Part shown: positions 1-8,920 of the stretch, in pieces
Layout: every line of letters starts with the position of its first letter
How positions within the stretch are numbered: position 1 is the stretch's first letter
NCBI GenBank assembly: GCA_026991225.1
Contig: JALXCB010000046.1
Coordinates: 5,147 to 69,146, forward strand
Length of the DNA stretch: 64,000 nucleotides
Source of the DNA: Anaerolineae bacterium
GTDB lineage: Bacteria > Chloroflexota > Anaerolineae > J102
Direction: 5' to 3'
The notes under the pieces: model-generated
What the model saw: only the letters and a program-made list of their open reading frames with translations
What the model was told of the DNA's origin: nothing
Database searches by the model: none
Position numbers and translations under genes: made by a program

Positions 1-543
1 ATCTCATGGATGGCTTCTTCGCCCTCGCCCAGGAAAACGGCATCCAGGAAGGGCCACATAGGCTCGGGATTGGTCATGCCCGAACCGCCCGCCAGCACCA
101 GCGGGTGTTCGGGCGAGCGGTCGGCGCTGCGCAGGGGAATGCCGGCCAGGTCGAGGAGATTGAGGACGTTGGTATAGAGCTGTTCGTAGGGGATGGTGAC
201 GCCCAAAATATCGAATTGGGCCACGGGATGCCGGGTCTCCAGGCTGAAGAGGGGGATGCCCTCCTCCCGCATGATGCCTTCCATATCGATCCAGGGCAGG
301 AAGACGCGCTCAGCCAGCACATCCTCTCGCTTGTTGAGCGTATCGTAGAGGATGGCCAGACCCAGGTTGCTCATGCCCAGGTCGTAGATATCGGGGAAGG
401 CCAGGGCCACGTGGCTGCGCACGCCCGACCAATCCTTGCGCACGCTGTTCCATTCGCCGCCCACATAGCGGGCGGGCTGACGCACTTTGAGAAGCACGCG
501 GCTCAGGGCCTCGGTGATCTGTTCCGGGGTCGTGATGGTCATG
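1..543 (-). CDS. B12-binding/radical SAM family protein (TIGR03960-like), N-terminal part; gene truncated by the window edge
   Basis: Manual translation of the minus strand from ATG at 541-543 (SD GGAGAA 6 nt upstream) gives MTITTPEQITEALSRVLLKVRQPARYVGGEWNSVRKDWSG... The frame stays open to position 1. It is clearly paralogous to the N-terminus of the 573-aa radical SAM protein at 44940..46661. The listed + ORF 6..578 is its antisense artefact. Confidence 0.7.
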
Positions 544-784
544 TTGTTCTCCAATCTCGCTTACCGACGGGAAGGTAGGGATGGATTAGGATTAGGATTG
601 GCGAATGTCGACGCACAATCCTGACCCTGATCCCAATCCTGCTCACCTTCCGCCGGGCAGGATTCGAACCTGCATGGGATGAATTGAGGTAGCTTTTTAT
701 TGTATCACACCCCCACGCGCCCGAAAAATTGCCTCCCCCCTCGCATTCGAGTAAAATAGTTGCCGTTGCGTTGAAAAAGCGTTG

Positions 785-935
785 GTAAACCGGGAAGCCG
801 GTAGACCAGTAGACCGGGCGGGGCGAATCGGCCTGGTTTCCCTGATTTCCTGGTTTACCGGTTTACGGGGGTACGCAGCCCGCCATTTTCATCCATCGCG
901 ACGCGAGCTCGCCCGCCCCGGACTTGCACTGAACA
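785..935. repeat. Family B palindromic element, copy B1
   Basis: AAACCGGGAAGCCGGTAGACCAGTAGACCGG...CCTGGTTTCCCTGATTTCCTGGTTTACCGGTTT + GCAGCCCGCCATTTTCATCC tail. Confidence 0.8.
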
Positions 936-958
936 CTGAATACTGATTACTGAAAACC
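925..958. repeat. Family E (ACTGATTACTGA / AGTAATCAGT motif) copy E1
   Basis: GCACTGAACACTGAATACTGATTACTGAAAACC. Confidence 0.55.
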
Positions 959-994
959 TGGCCCCTTGTACGAGGGATCGCCAACGGAGGAACA

Positions 995-2395
995 ATGAAA
1001 AAGTACCATATCTGGACCATCGGCTGCCAGATGAATGTGGCCGATTCCACCCACGTCGGCGCGGAACTGGAAAAACTGGACTATGAGCCCACCGCGGACG
1101 TGGATGAAGCGGATATCGTCGTGCTGAACACCTGCGTGGTGCGGCAGAGCGCCGAGAACAAAGCCCTGGGCAAACTGGGAGCCCTCAAGCCCTGGCGTCA
1201 GAGCAAACCCGACCGCACCCTGGCCCTCATGGGCTGCCTCGTAGGCGTGAAACCCTCGCCCAGGCTACTACGCGCCTATCCCTGGGTGGACGTGTTCATG
1301 GGCCCAAGCGAGGCCAAACCCCTGGTCGACCACATCAAAAACCGCATGACCGCGGAGGAATTGCGCCGCCTGGAGGAGCGCCAGATCGCGCTGCGCCATC
1401 GCTTGCAAGATGAAGCCTATCCCATCGCTTCCCTCAAGCATCTTTCGCTGACGGGCGAACCGCCCGTGGCCGCGTATGTGCCCGTGGTCTACGGCTGCTC
1501 CCACGCATGCACCTTCTGCATCATTCCCTACCGTCGTGGCGTGGAACGTAGCCGCCCGCTGGATGAGATCGTGGCCGAGGTGCGGGGACTGGTCGCCCAA
1601 GGCGTGCGGGAAGTCACCCTGCTGGGGCAGATCGTCGACCGCTATGGCTACGACTTCCCCGACCGCCGCCCGAATCTGGTGAATCTGTTGGAGGCGGTGC
1701 ACGAGGTCGAGGGGTTGTGGCGCATCCGCTTCCTCACCGGGCATCCCAGCTACATGAGCGACGATCTATTGCGGACCGTGGCCCGGCTGCCCAAAGTCAT
1801 GCCCCACATCGAGGTTCCCATCCAGGCCGGGGATGATGAGATGCTGGCCCGGATGAAGCGGGGCTACACCGCGGACGACTACCGCCGCCTGGTGCATCGC
1901 ATCCGCGAAATCATCCCCGACGTCGCTATTCACACCGATATCATCGTCGGTTTCCCGGGCGAAACCGAGGCCCAATTCCAACGCACTTACGACATCCTGG
2001 AGGAATTGCGGCTGGAGAAGGTGCACATCGCCCGCTACAGCCCCCGGCCCGGCACCGTCAGCGCCCGCCGCATGGTCGACGACGTGCCCGAGGCGGAGAA
2101 AAAGCGCCGCCACCAACTTCTCGAGGCCCAACACGAGCGCATTAGCCGCGAGCTCAACCGCCGCTGGCTCCATCAGACGGTGGAAGTGTTGGTGGAGGAC
2201 TTGCACAAAGGCAAATGGCGCGGGCGCACGCCCCAGAACCGGCTCGTCTTCTTCGAAGATGATCGGGACCTGCGCGGGCGGCTGATGGAGGTCGCCATCA
2301 CCTGGACGGGCCCATGGAGCATGCAGGGCGTGGCCGCGGATCGCCTGGCCGAGGAGCGGGAGGTTCCCGTGGGCGTCGTTGTTGGAGGGCGGTAA
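995..2395 (+). CDS. miaB: tRNA methylthiotransferase (MiaB family: radical SAM with UPF0004 N-domain and C-terminal TRAM domain)
   Basis: 466 aa. N-terminal ...WTIGCQMNVADS... MTTase cysteine motif. Radical SAM motif CSHACTFC. C-terminal TRAM-like region. GGAGG-like SD before the ATG. Confidence 0.8.
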   Translation: MKKYHIWTIGCQMNVADSTHVGAELEKLDYEPTADVDEADIVVLNTCVVRQSAENKALGKLGALKPWRQSKPDRTLALMGCLVGVKPSPRLLRAYPWVDVFMGPSEAKPLVDHIKNRMTAEELRRLEERQIALRHRLQDEAYPIASLKHLSLTGEPPVAAYVPVVYGCSHACTFCIIPYRRGVERSRPLDEIVAEVRGLVAQGVREVTLLGQIVDRYGYDFPDRRPNLVNLLEAVHEVEGLWRIRFLTGHPSYMSDDLLRTVARLPKVMPHIEVPIQAGDDEMLARMKRGYTADDYRRLVHRIREIIPDVAIHTDIIVGFPGETEAQFQRTYDILEELRLEKVHIARYSPRPGTVSARRMVDDVPEAEKKRRHQLLEAQHERISRELNRRWLHQTVEVLVEDLHKGKWRGRTPQNRLVFFEDDRDLRGRLMEVAITWTGPWSMQGVAADRLAEEREVPVGVVVGGR

Positions 2396-2439
2396 AAAAA
2401 AGGCGACACGAGCTATGGCTCGCTGATACGAAATGGGAA

Positions 2440-2520
2440 CGCTGATTTTCGCTGATGATTTTCACAGATTTTTTATCTGCGTTCATCCGTTTCAATCTGC
2501 GTCATCTGCGTTCCCTAATC
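2440..2520. repeat. Family D element, copy D1
   Basis: GCTGATTTTCGCTGATGATTTTCACAGATTTTTTATCTGCGTTCATCCGTTTCAATCTGCGTCATCTGCGTTCC. Confidence 0.7.
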
Positions 2521-2533
2521 CTATTTTCGGAAC

Positions 2534-2573
2534 AAAAAAGCCCCCCGCCGCGTGGCAGGGGGCTTGATTTTTG
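2534..2573. terminator. Bidirectional rho-independent terminator between convergent miaB and the LysM gene
   Basis: AAAAAA-GCCCCCC-loop-GGGGGC-TTGATTTTT. GC stem flanked by an A-run and a T-run. Confidence 0.6.
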
Positions 2574-2587
2574 GAGGGGAAGCGTTC

Positions 2588-4501
2588 TTACTGGGTGGGT
2601 AGCTTGATCACCTGGCCAGGACGGATCAACCGGGGATTCTCGATATGGTTGATGCGCCGCAATTCCTGCACGGTGGTGCCGTAGCGGAAGGCGATCTGGC
2701 TGAGGCTTTCGCCCCGGACGATGGTGTGCTCTTGCTGCTCCGTGTCGGTGTCGGTGGACTCTCGCTGGCGTTGATCGTCCTCGCGGGCTACAGAATCTTC
2801 ATCGGGAGCGGAGGCGACGTCGGTAGGAGCGCCCGCGTTGACCTGGGTGTTGTCCGCAGGGAGTGGATCATAATGAGCAGTGCTGACGCCGCAAGGCACC
2901 AGCAGCGGTTGGCCGATGAAGAGCAGGTTGGGGTTGGCGATGTTGTTGTTGGCCACCAGCCACTCCACCGAGGTGTCGAACTGGTCAGCAATGCGGGAGA
3001 TGTAGTCGCCCGGCTGCACGATGTAGGTGCAAACCTCAACAGGAGCCTGAGCGTCGTCGGATGCGCCGTCGCTGACCGAGGCGACGGAATCGCTGCTGCT
3101 ATCGGGATTGTAAGCGCCGCTGCCGCCAGAGGAATCCGCAGGCGGATCATCAGAGGACGCTGCGCCGGCAGTGTGGCAGGCTCGCAGTTCGACAGCGTCG
3201 AAATCGAAGTCGACCTCGCGTTCGGAGGTGGCCCACTTCTTCAGCCCCAGCAGGTACAGGCGAATCTCACTGGCCGGAGCCTGGAAGGTGGTGGAGAAGC
3301 TGGCGTAACCGCCAGGAGCTGTGCGCAGGTAGATGCCGGAGACGGGGATGCCGGACAGTATCTCAAGCTCGCTGACATCACTGATCTTGCCCGCATCACT
3401 GTTGACGCCCCAATAGGTTTCGTAACGCCAGGCGTCTTCATCGCTGTGATCCGCACGCTCCCGAATCATGGCCTTGACGCTGAGCTGATAAGTGCCGCCG
3501 GGATTCAGACCACTGACCTTCTGGTGGATGCCGATCCAGCGGTCGGGGTCGGTGGGCATGTAACCCTTGGAGTTGATCTCCAGCAGTTGGGCGTACTTGC
3601 CTTCCGCCACCACCGGGCCCCATTCTTCCTTGTAGTAGCCGTAATTGGCGCGGCCGCCGTTGTTGAACTTACCCCATTTCGTGGCGGTGCCATCGGCGTC
3701 GAACCCATCCTCGAAACCGGGGTTCTGCAACAGGTTGGGACCATCGCAAACCAGCTCGCCAGGAGCAGGTTGCGCCGTAGGCGCGACCGTAGGCGCAGGA
3801 GCCACCTCAGTAGGCGCCTGAGTGGGAATGGGAGCGGGGGCGGGGCCCTTCAGAGAGACGGTGTCAATATCGAAATCCACTTCCTTATACCAATCGCCCC
3901 ATTTCATCCGCCCGGCAATGAAGATCGTCAGCTTGTCGCCCTGGGCGGTCACATTCATCTTGACATTGTAATATTGGGTGGGATTCAGCCGATCCTGAAT
4001 GGGGCCCACATTGACTTCCTGCACCTGGGCGTCGGCCCAGTTCGTGCTGCCATTGTGGGTAAAGCCCACCAGCATGACGTATCGCCAGGGATCGCCGCCC
4101 TCGGCAAAATCGCTGGCCCGAATCATGCCGTTGAAGGAGAGGGTATAGGTTTGGCCAGGTGTGACGCTGACGGTTTGGTAAATGCCCGCCGTGCGGTTCT
4201 GGTCGCCACCGATCTCCTTGGTGTTGATCTCGATAAGCTGAGCATGTGCGCCCGTGGCGACGACCGGATCCCATGCGTCATCATAGAAGCCGTAGCCGCC
4301 TGCGCCGCCTGTATTGAAGCAGCCCCAGTCAACGCCGACCATGCCACAGCCATCGACCCTACGAAAACCATTCTCGAAATCGCCATTTTTGATCAATTCA
4401 CCATTGGAAGAACCTGCCAATGTGCTGACGATACCCGAAGCCAGCATGATTGCCAGAGCCACAGTGAGCGCGATGAAAAGCATGCGCTTATGTTTTTCCA
4501 C
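2588..4501 (-). CDS. Secreted protein with two tandem CBM4/9-like carbohydrate-binding modules and two C-terminal LysM domains
   Basis: 637 aa. N-terminal signal/TM segment. Two repeats of about 180 aa each start with the ...NGDFENGF / NPGFEDGF... CBM_4_9-type motif. Pro/Thr/Ala linkers. Two LysM-like segments at the C-terminus (YIVQPGDYISRIADQF..., HTIVRGESLSQIAFRYGTTVQEL...). SD GGAGGA before the ATG. Confidence 0.75.
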   Translation of the reverse strand: MEKHKRMLFIALTVALAIMLASGIVSTLAGSSNGELIKNGDFENGFRRVDGCGMVGVDWGCFNTGGAGGYGFYDDAWDPVVATGAHAQLIEINTKEIGGDQNRTAGIYQTVSVTPGQTYTLSFNGMIRASDFAEGGDPWRYVMLVGFTHNGSTNWADAQVQEVNVGPIQDRLNPTQYYNVKMNVTAQGDKLTIFIAGRMKWGDWYKEVDFDIDTVSLKGPAPAPIPTQAPTEVAPAPTVAPTAQPAPGELVCDGPNLLQNPGFEDGFDADGTATKWGKFNNGGRANYGYYKEEWGPVVAEGKYAQLLEINSKGYMPTDPDRWIGIHQKVSGLNPGGTYQLSVKAMIRERADHSDEDAWRYETYWGVNSDAGKISDVSELEILSGIPVSGIYLRTAPGGYASFSTTFQAPASEIRLYLLGLKKWATSEREVDFDFDAVELRACHTAGAASSDDPPADSSGGSGAYNPDSSSDSVASVSDGASDDAQAPVEVCTYIVQPGDYISRIADQFDTSVEWLVANNNIANPNLLFIGQPLLVPCGVSTAHYDPLPADNTQVNAGAPTDVASAPDEDSVAREDDQRQRESTDTDTEQQEHTIVRGESLSQIAFRYGTTVQELRRINHIENPRLIRPGQVIKLPTQ

Positions 4502-4575
4502 GATGCTCCTCCTGCAAACGAGAGCGAAAAAGGGAGGGGGGAGGGGGATAATGGATAAAATACACCATTGTAAGC

Positions 4576-4604
4576 ATTCTATCAGAGAACCCTCTCTGTG
4601 TCAA
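4576..4604 (-). promoter_or_regulatory. Near-consensus sigma-70 promoter for the LysM/CBM gene
   Basis: Minus strand reads TTGACA-N17-TAGAAT (-35 at about 4599-4604, -10 at about 4576-4581). This is about 70 nt upstream of the start codon, in an AT-rich spacer. Confidence 0.5.
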
Positions 4605-4858
4605 GTAAATCCTGTTGGTAATGAACGCGGATTTATAAAATTGCACAAAATTTAGAAATCGCGAAAACAAATCCAAATCGACGCGAACAGAAAATTTTCG
4701 ACGCGAACAAAGAAATTCGAATATTCCCCTGGAGGTTTTTGTTGGAAGGCGCGTCACATCATCATTGTCAACCTCGTTGTCCTTCGATAGAAGCCTTCCC
4801 ACTACACTCCTTAAGACGAAAAGCAATGGTAAAAGTTACGGGCGGAAGGCGCTCAACT

Positions 4859-5815
4859 TCATCCCAGCTCGAATAGCAAATCGGGCAGATCAGTGATATC
4901 CGGGGCCAGGGTGAGATGGTATGCCGGGGCGGATTCCACCAATCGCCGCAAGACATGCATGTGTGCGGGGATGGTTTCAGCATCCCAGTCCTCGATAGAC
5001 TGAGTCACCAGACGCTTGAGGGCGTCGAAACGAGGCATAGGAGCGATTTGGCATTGGAGAGCATCGGATGCGATATGGGGGAAAAGCAAAGCGGCGGGTC
5101 TCCCCCACTGTGCCCAGGGGTCAGGGTGGATGGCGTCGACCGGAAAGCTGATTTTCTCGCTGCCGTCGAGGACCTGACCTTCGGTCAGCAGGTGCGAAAG
5201 CCTGGGAAAACGGGCGATGCTGTCGGGATAGGCGCTGATCAGGCCGGGATAGGCGTGCAGGATGGGTTCATCCCCTGCCAGACGCACCAGAGGCGCGTCA
5301 TTGGCGATGAGACGAGCGCCGCGCATCAGCAGGCTGACGCCCGAAGTCGTCTTCCCTGCGCCCACATCGCCCAGCAGCACAAGGGCCCGCTCTCCCACGG
5401 CCGCAGCAAAGGCGTGGATGGGGAAATACCCCCGTCGGCGCAGCAAAGGCGTCATCGCCAGCAGGATCATATCCTCAAAGACGCCATAAGCCCGGATGGC
5501 CACCCTTGCCATCTCCCCGGCGATGGTTCCGCTCTCCAGATCGATATCGAAACGTCCCCATCCATGAAAGACTGTCACCAGACGCTCCCCCTCTCGGAAG
5601 TGCGCCACGTACGGGCCGGAGCTGATGCAGGGCAGGTCAGGAGCGACAATGGGCGCATCGGTGAACGTCAGAGCGAAGTGGATGGCGGGCGTATCGGGCA
5701 GGGTCGACGCCCGAAAAGATCGCCATTGGTCCGCCAGACGTCGGGCCGCGGCCTCGTCATCGACGCGGAAATGGATGGGAATGCGGTGCAGCAAATAAGT
5801 CTGGAGCTCGGTCAT
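4859..5815 (-). CDS. HPr kinase/phosphorylase C-domain-like (HprK-related) P-loop kinase
   Basis: 318 aa. ...LVLLGDVGAGKTTSGVSLLMRGARLIANDAPLV... matches the HprK_C Walker-A / L-x-x-R-G-x-x-L-[VI]-[AS]-D-D pattern. No HPr or PTS genes nearby. Confidence 0.6.
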   Translation of the reverse strand: MTELQTYLLHRIPIHFRVDDEAAARRLADQWRSFRASTLPDTPAIHFALTFTDAPIVAPDLPCISSGPYVAHFREGERLVTVFHGWGRFDIDLESGTIAGEMARVAIRAYGVFEDMILLAMTPLLRRRGYFPIHAFAAAVGERALVLLGDVGAGKTTSGVSLLMRGARLIANDAPLVRLAGDEPILHAYPGLISAYPDSIARFPRLSHLLTEGQVLDGSEKISFPVDAIHPDPWAQWGRPAALLFPHIASDALQCQIAPMPRFDALKRLVTQSIEDWDAETIPAHMHVLRRLVESAPAYHLTLAPDITDLPDLLFELG

Positions 5816-5821
5816 GGCGCA

Positions 5822-7093
5822 TCAGACACCGTCGCGCAGGAGGGGACAGGTCATGCAGTGGCCTCCGCCCCGGCCGCGCCCAAGTTCAAAGCCGTCGATC
5901 TCAAGCACGCGAATGCCCGCTCGGCGCATGGCTTGATTCGTGTATGTATTCTTGCGATAGGCGATGACCACGCCCGGCTCGATGGCGACGGTGTTATTCC
6001 CGTCATCCCACTGCTCCCGGGCCTGCTGATACTCATCCCCGCCCGTGGGAATCACCCGCAGCGACTTCACGCCCATGGCGTCGCGCACGGCTTCAAGAAA
6101 ATCGGCTTCGGGCGTGATATGGAACTGGCGCTCGTGGTCGCCCGGACGGATGCTGTACGCCCGGATAGCTCCCACCACCTTGGGATAGATGGTCACCGCG
6201 TCGACATCGAGCATGGTGAAGACGGTGTCCAGGTGCATGTGCGCCCGGTCGCGGGTCATGTGGGCGACAATGACCCGATCCACCGCGTCCGCGGCGAAAA
6301 GCCGGGCCGCGAGCTGTTCGATCATTTGCCCCGTGGTGCGTTGACTCATTCCCACCAGCAGGGTGCGATTGCCGATGGGCATGACGTCCCCGCCCTCGAT
6401 GCTGGCCCGGCCAAAAGTTTCGGCGTCGAACCGGCAACCATCCCCCTCCTCCAGCAACGGCATCCAGAACTCGAAAGACGCTTCTTGAAACATGGGATGA
6501 AAATGGTAGATCATCCCCACATTGTAAGATTCCAGGTGGCGGGCCTGATGATACATGGTGTTGATGCTGACGCCGTTGTAAATCCAGGAGGAGGAGTCGC
6601 GGGTAAACAGGGAATTGGGCAGGGGCGGGAGGATGAAAGCGTCGTCGGTCGCCGTGACGCCAACCAGGGAAGCGTGTCGAAACAAGTCGCTACCCCCGAG
6701 CTTCTTCGCCTCGCCTTTGGTCATGCCCCCAATGAGGTGCGTGGCCAGCGCGTCGGGGCTGAGCTCATGCAGCATGGCCCGCAGCGGCTCCACCAGGGCC
6801 GCGCCCACGGTGTGCGGGGTGATGACAAGACTGACAATGCGCCGTCGGGCTTCCTCGCTGGCCGCCAGGGTTTCAGTGAGCAGGTCAGCGAGATAGAAGA
6901 CCTGCACGCCCCAATCCCGCATGATTTGAACGAACGCGTCATGCTCCAACTGGGCGTGCTGCACCCAGATGACGTCATCGAAGAGCAGCTCATCGTGATT
7001 GGCGGGCGTGAGGCGCTGCAGGCTCAGATCGGGACGGTGCACCAGCACCTTGCGCAGCTTACCGATTTCAGAATATACGCCGAATTGAGGCAT
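5822..7093 (-). CDS. arcA: Arginine deiminase family protein (amidinotransferase superfamily)
   Basis: Translation from the internal ATG (MPQFGVYSEIGKLRKVLVHRP...) is a typical ADI N-terminus. C-terminal ...GRGGGHCMTCPLLRD carries the catalytic-Cys motif of arginine deiminase. Six bp upstream of the HprK-like gene. No arcB/arcC nearby. Confidence 0.75.
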   Translation of the reverse strand: MPQFGVYSEIGKLRKVLVHRPDLSLQRLTPANHDELLFDDVIWVQHAQLEHDAFVQIMRDWGVQVFYLADLLTETLAASEEARRRIVSLVITPHTVGAALVEPLRAMLHELSPDALATHLIGGMTKGEAKKLGGSDLFRHASLVGVTATDDAFILPPLPNSLFTRDSSSWIYNGVSINTMYHQARHLESYNVGMIYHFHPMFQEASFEFWMPLLEEGDGCRFDAETFGRASIEGGDVMPIGNRTLLVGMSQRTTGQMIEQLAARLFAADAVDRVIVAHMTRDRAHMHLDTVFTMLDVDAVTIYPKVVGAIRAYSIRPGDHERQFHITPEADFLEAVRDAMGVKSLRVIPTGGDEYQQAREQWDDGNNTVAIEPGVVIAYRKNTYTNQAMRRAGIRVLEIDGFELGRGRGGGHCMTCPLLRDGV

Positions 7094-7270
7094 CAAAAGC
7101 TTCCGAGGATAAAATGAAAGGACAGTGCTCATGATATCGCAGTTTCCACTGAATGCCAACTCGACTCATCATCCAGGGTGCGGCCTAATTTTTGGCAAAT
7201 CGCGTTGTCATCAGGAATTCGGTCATGCGGGCTCCCCCGGCGCTGAAGGATACTGTTGGTTTACCTGGAT

Positions 7271-7300
7271 GCGGCGGGGATGGCCCCCTCCCCGCCTTTT
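7271..7300 (+). terminator. Orphan plus-strand intrinsic-terminator-like hairpin in the arcA-hemH spacer
   Basis: GGCGGGGA-TGGCCCCC-TCCCCGCC followed by TTTTTA. No annotated plus-strand gene upstream. Confidence 0.35.
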
Positions 7301-7524
7301 TACGTCGAACTTCCCATGATTTTCAGCGAATCGCCCGTGAAAGGTGGGACTTCTGCGCGTTATTTCGTGATAAAACCCACCATTTTCCGAGTCCTCGTCG
7401 TGTTTCCCGGTAACCTACCCTTGTGAGGAAGCGCAGGGGTGGGGCGGCGTTGGCGGATCACTGCCTCTGCCGGCTTGTGCGGTTTTCACAGCTGCCAGCC
7501 CTCTTACCGTCAGGTTAACGACCG

Positions 7525-8700
7525 TCACGCCTTGGCCGAGGCCGCAACCATCCCCGCCATCGCAGTCACCCAATCATCCCGGTCGTTCAGGCAAGGGATG
7601 AGCTGGAAATGCTCCCCGCCCGCGTCCAGAAACGTCTCCCGACCCGCGATACCGATCTCCTCCAGAGTCTCCAGGCAATCGACCGTGAAGGAAGGGGTGA
7701 CCACGGCCAGGCGCTTCACGCCCACGCGGGCCAGACGCGCCAGCTCATCCGCGGTGGCGGGCTCCAGCCACTTGTCCCGCCCCAGGCGAGATTGGAAGGC
7801 CACCGAATACTGGTCGGGCCGCAACGCCAACGTTTGGGCCACAAGCCGCGTCGTGGTGAAGACCTGGTGGCGATAGCACACCGCATGGGCCGCGGCCGCC
7901 GTCGCGCAGCAGCCATCGCGCAGGCAGCCAGCGCCCCGCGGCGCGGTCTTATGTAAATGCCGCTCGGGGATGCCGTGATAGCTGAATAGCAGGTGAACGA
8001 AATCATTTGAGTCGAGGATGGGACGTATGCTGGCGGCCAGTGAGGCGATGTAGTCGGGATGATCATAATGGGGCGGGATGATGCGCAGCGTGTACTCCCC
8101 CACCTGCCGGGCAATGGCCTTCCTATCCGCCTGAGCCTGGGCCACGGCCCCCCGCAGCCAGCGCGTCGCGGCCCTGTCACCCGTCACCTTCACGCCGACC
8201 AGCTTCTCGAACTCCGCCAGCGTCTTCAACGCCAGGGTTTCGTAAGTGGACATGGCGTAGTGCGGGTACATGGGCAGAAGGATCACCTCCCCGCCCGGTT
8301 CGATGCGTCCCAACAACTTCTCCAGGCCCGACCGCACCGAGGGCTGGCCGTAGCGCATGGCCATGACCACGGGCATATTCAGTCGGGCCTCCAGCTTGGC
8401 CCGCACCCGGTCGGTGAGTGCGATCAGCGGCGAGCCATCCTCCCACCAAATGCTTTGATAGGCGCTGGCGGATTGGGCCGGGCGTTTGGGCAAGATGAAG
8501 CGTTTGACGATGAGCCAGCGCAGGGGATAGGGCATGTCGAGGATGCGTGAATCCATCAGGAATTCATCCAGATAGACCCGCACGTCCGCTTCGTCGGGCG
8601 AAGCTGGCGACCCAAGATTCGCCAAGATGACGCCGCGTAAATGTAACCGATTTGAATAAGCGGGCGTCTTATCGTCGGTTGGCGATAACGCTACATTCAT
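7525..8700 (-). CDS. hemH: Ferrochelatase (coproporphyrin ferrochelatase type)
   Basis: About 392 aa from the ATG at 8700 (MNVALSPTDDKTP...). Ferrochelatase core motifs and a C-terminal Cys-rich segment (CLRDGCC...C). The ORF track extends the N-terminus through an AT-rich AATGAATG-repeat region, probably spuriously. Confidence 0.85.
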   Translation of the reverse strand: MNVALSPTDDKTPAYSNRLHLRGVILANLGSPASPDEADVRVYLDEFLMDSRILDMPYPLRWLIVKRFILPKRPAQSASAYQSIWWEDGSPLIALTDRVRAKLEARLNMPVVMAMRYGQPSVRSGLEKLLGRIEPGGEVILLPMYPHYAMSTYETLALKTLAEFEKLVGVKVTGDRAATRWLRGAVAQAQADRKAIARQVGEYTLRIIPPHYDHPDYIASLAASIRPILDSNDFVHLLFSYHGIPERHLHKTAPRGAGCLRDGCCATAAAAHAVCYRHQVFTTTRLVAQTLALRPDQYSVAFQSRLGRDKWLEPATADELARLARVGVKRLAVVTPSFTVDCLETLEEIGIAGRETFLDAGGEHFQLIPCLNDRDDWVTAMAGMVAASAKA

Positions 8701-8920
8701 TTTCTTTCGTTTTGTTCTTTCATTCATTGCATTCATTTCATTCATTGCCATTGCCAACGCGTCAAAGCCAAAGACGATGAGGACGCGACCAGACAAAAGG
8801 TGAAAATAAAAGCCTTTTTCGCGTCGTCAGCTCTTCGCATCTTTGCGGCATGACATTTTTCGAGGCAGAATCAGACTGTCCTGGCAGTTGCCATTTCTCT
8901 CCAAAGGAGGTTCTTTCACA

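Noticed and set aside
6-578. 190-aa plus-strand ORF at the window start
   Set aside because: It is antisense to a convincing minus-strand radical SAM N-terminus (MTITTPEQITEALSRVLLKVRQPARYVGGEWNSV, with SD and a paralogue in the window). Composition is Gly/Ala/His-rich, typical of GC-frame artefacts.
2645-4558. 637-aa plus-strand ORF mirroring the LysM/CBM gene
   Set aside because: Antisense shadow ORF. Low-complexity Gly/Ala/Arg/Val composition. The minus-strand frame has a signal peptide, CBM and LysM motifs, and SD plus promoter.
4488-4826. 112-aa minus-strand ORF filling the AT-rich spacer upstream of the LysM gene as a possible RiPP precursor/small protein
   Set aside because: It lies in a locally low-GC promoter region with no SD and overlaps the mapped -35/-10 boxes and direct repeats. 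The codon usage is atypical for this genome.
5822-7093. Calling a complete arginine deiminase (ADI) catabolic pathway
   Set aside because: Only the deiminase is present. No ornithine carbamoyltransferase or carbamate kinase lies within the window, and the downstream partner is an HprK-like kinase instead.
4916-7117. 733-aa plus-strand ORF spanning the HprK-like and ADI genes
   Set aside because: Antisense artefact of two well-supported minus-strand genes. Arg/Gly/His-rich low-complexity translation.
7224-7265. 13-aa minus-strand peptide (MTEFLMTTRFAKN) with a GGGGGAG SD upstream of arcA as a possible precursor peptide for the deiminase/kinase pair
   Set aside because: Too short, no conserved core, and no leader-like features. 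Reported only as considered. Not supportable without comparative data.
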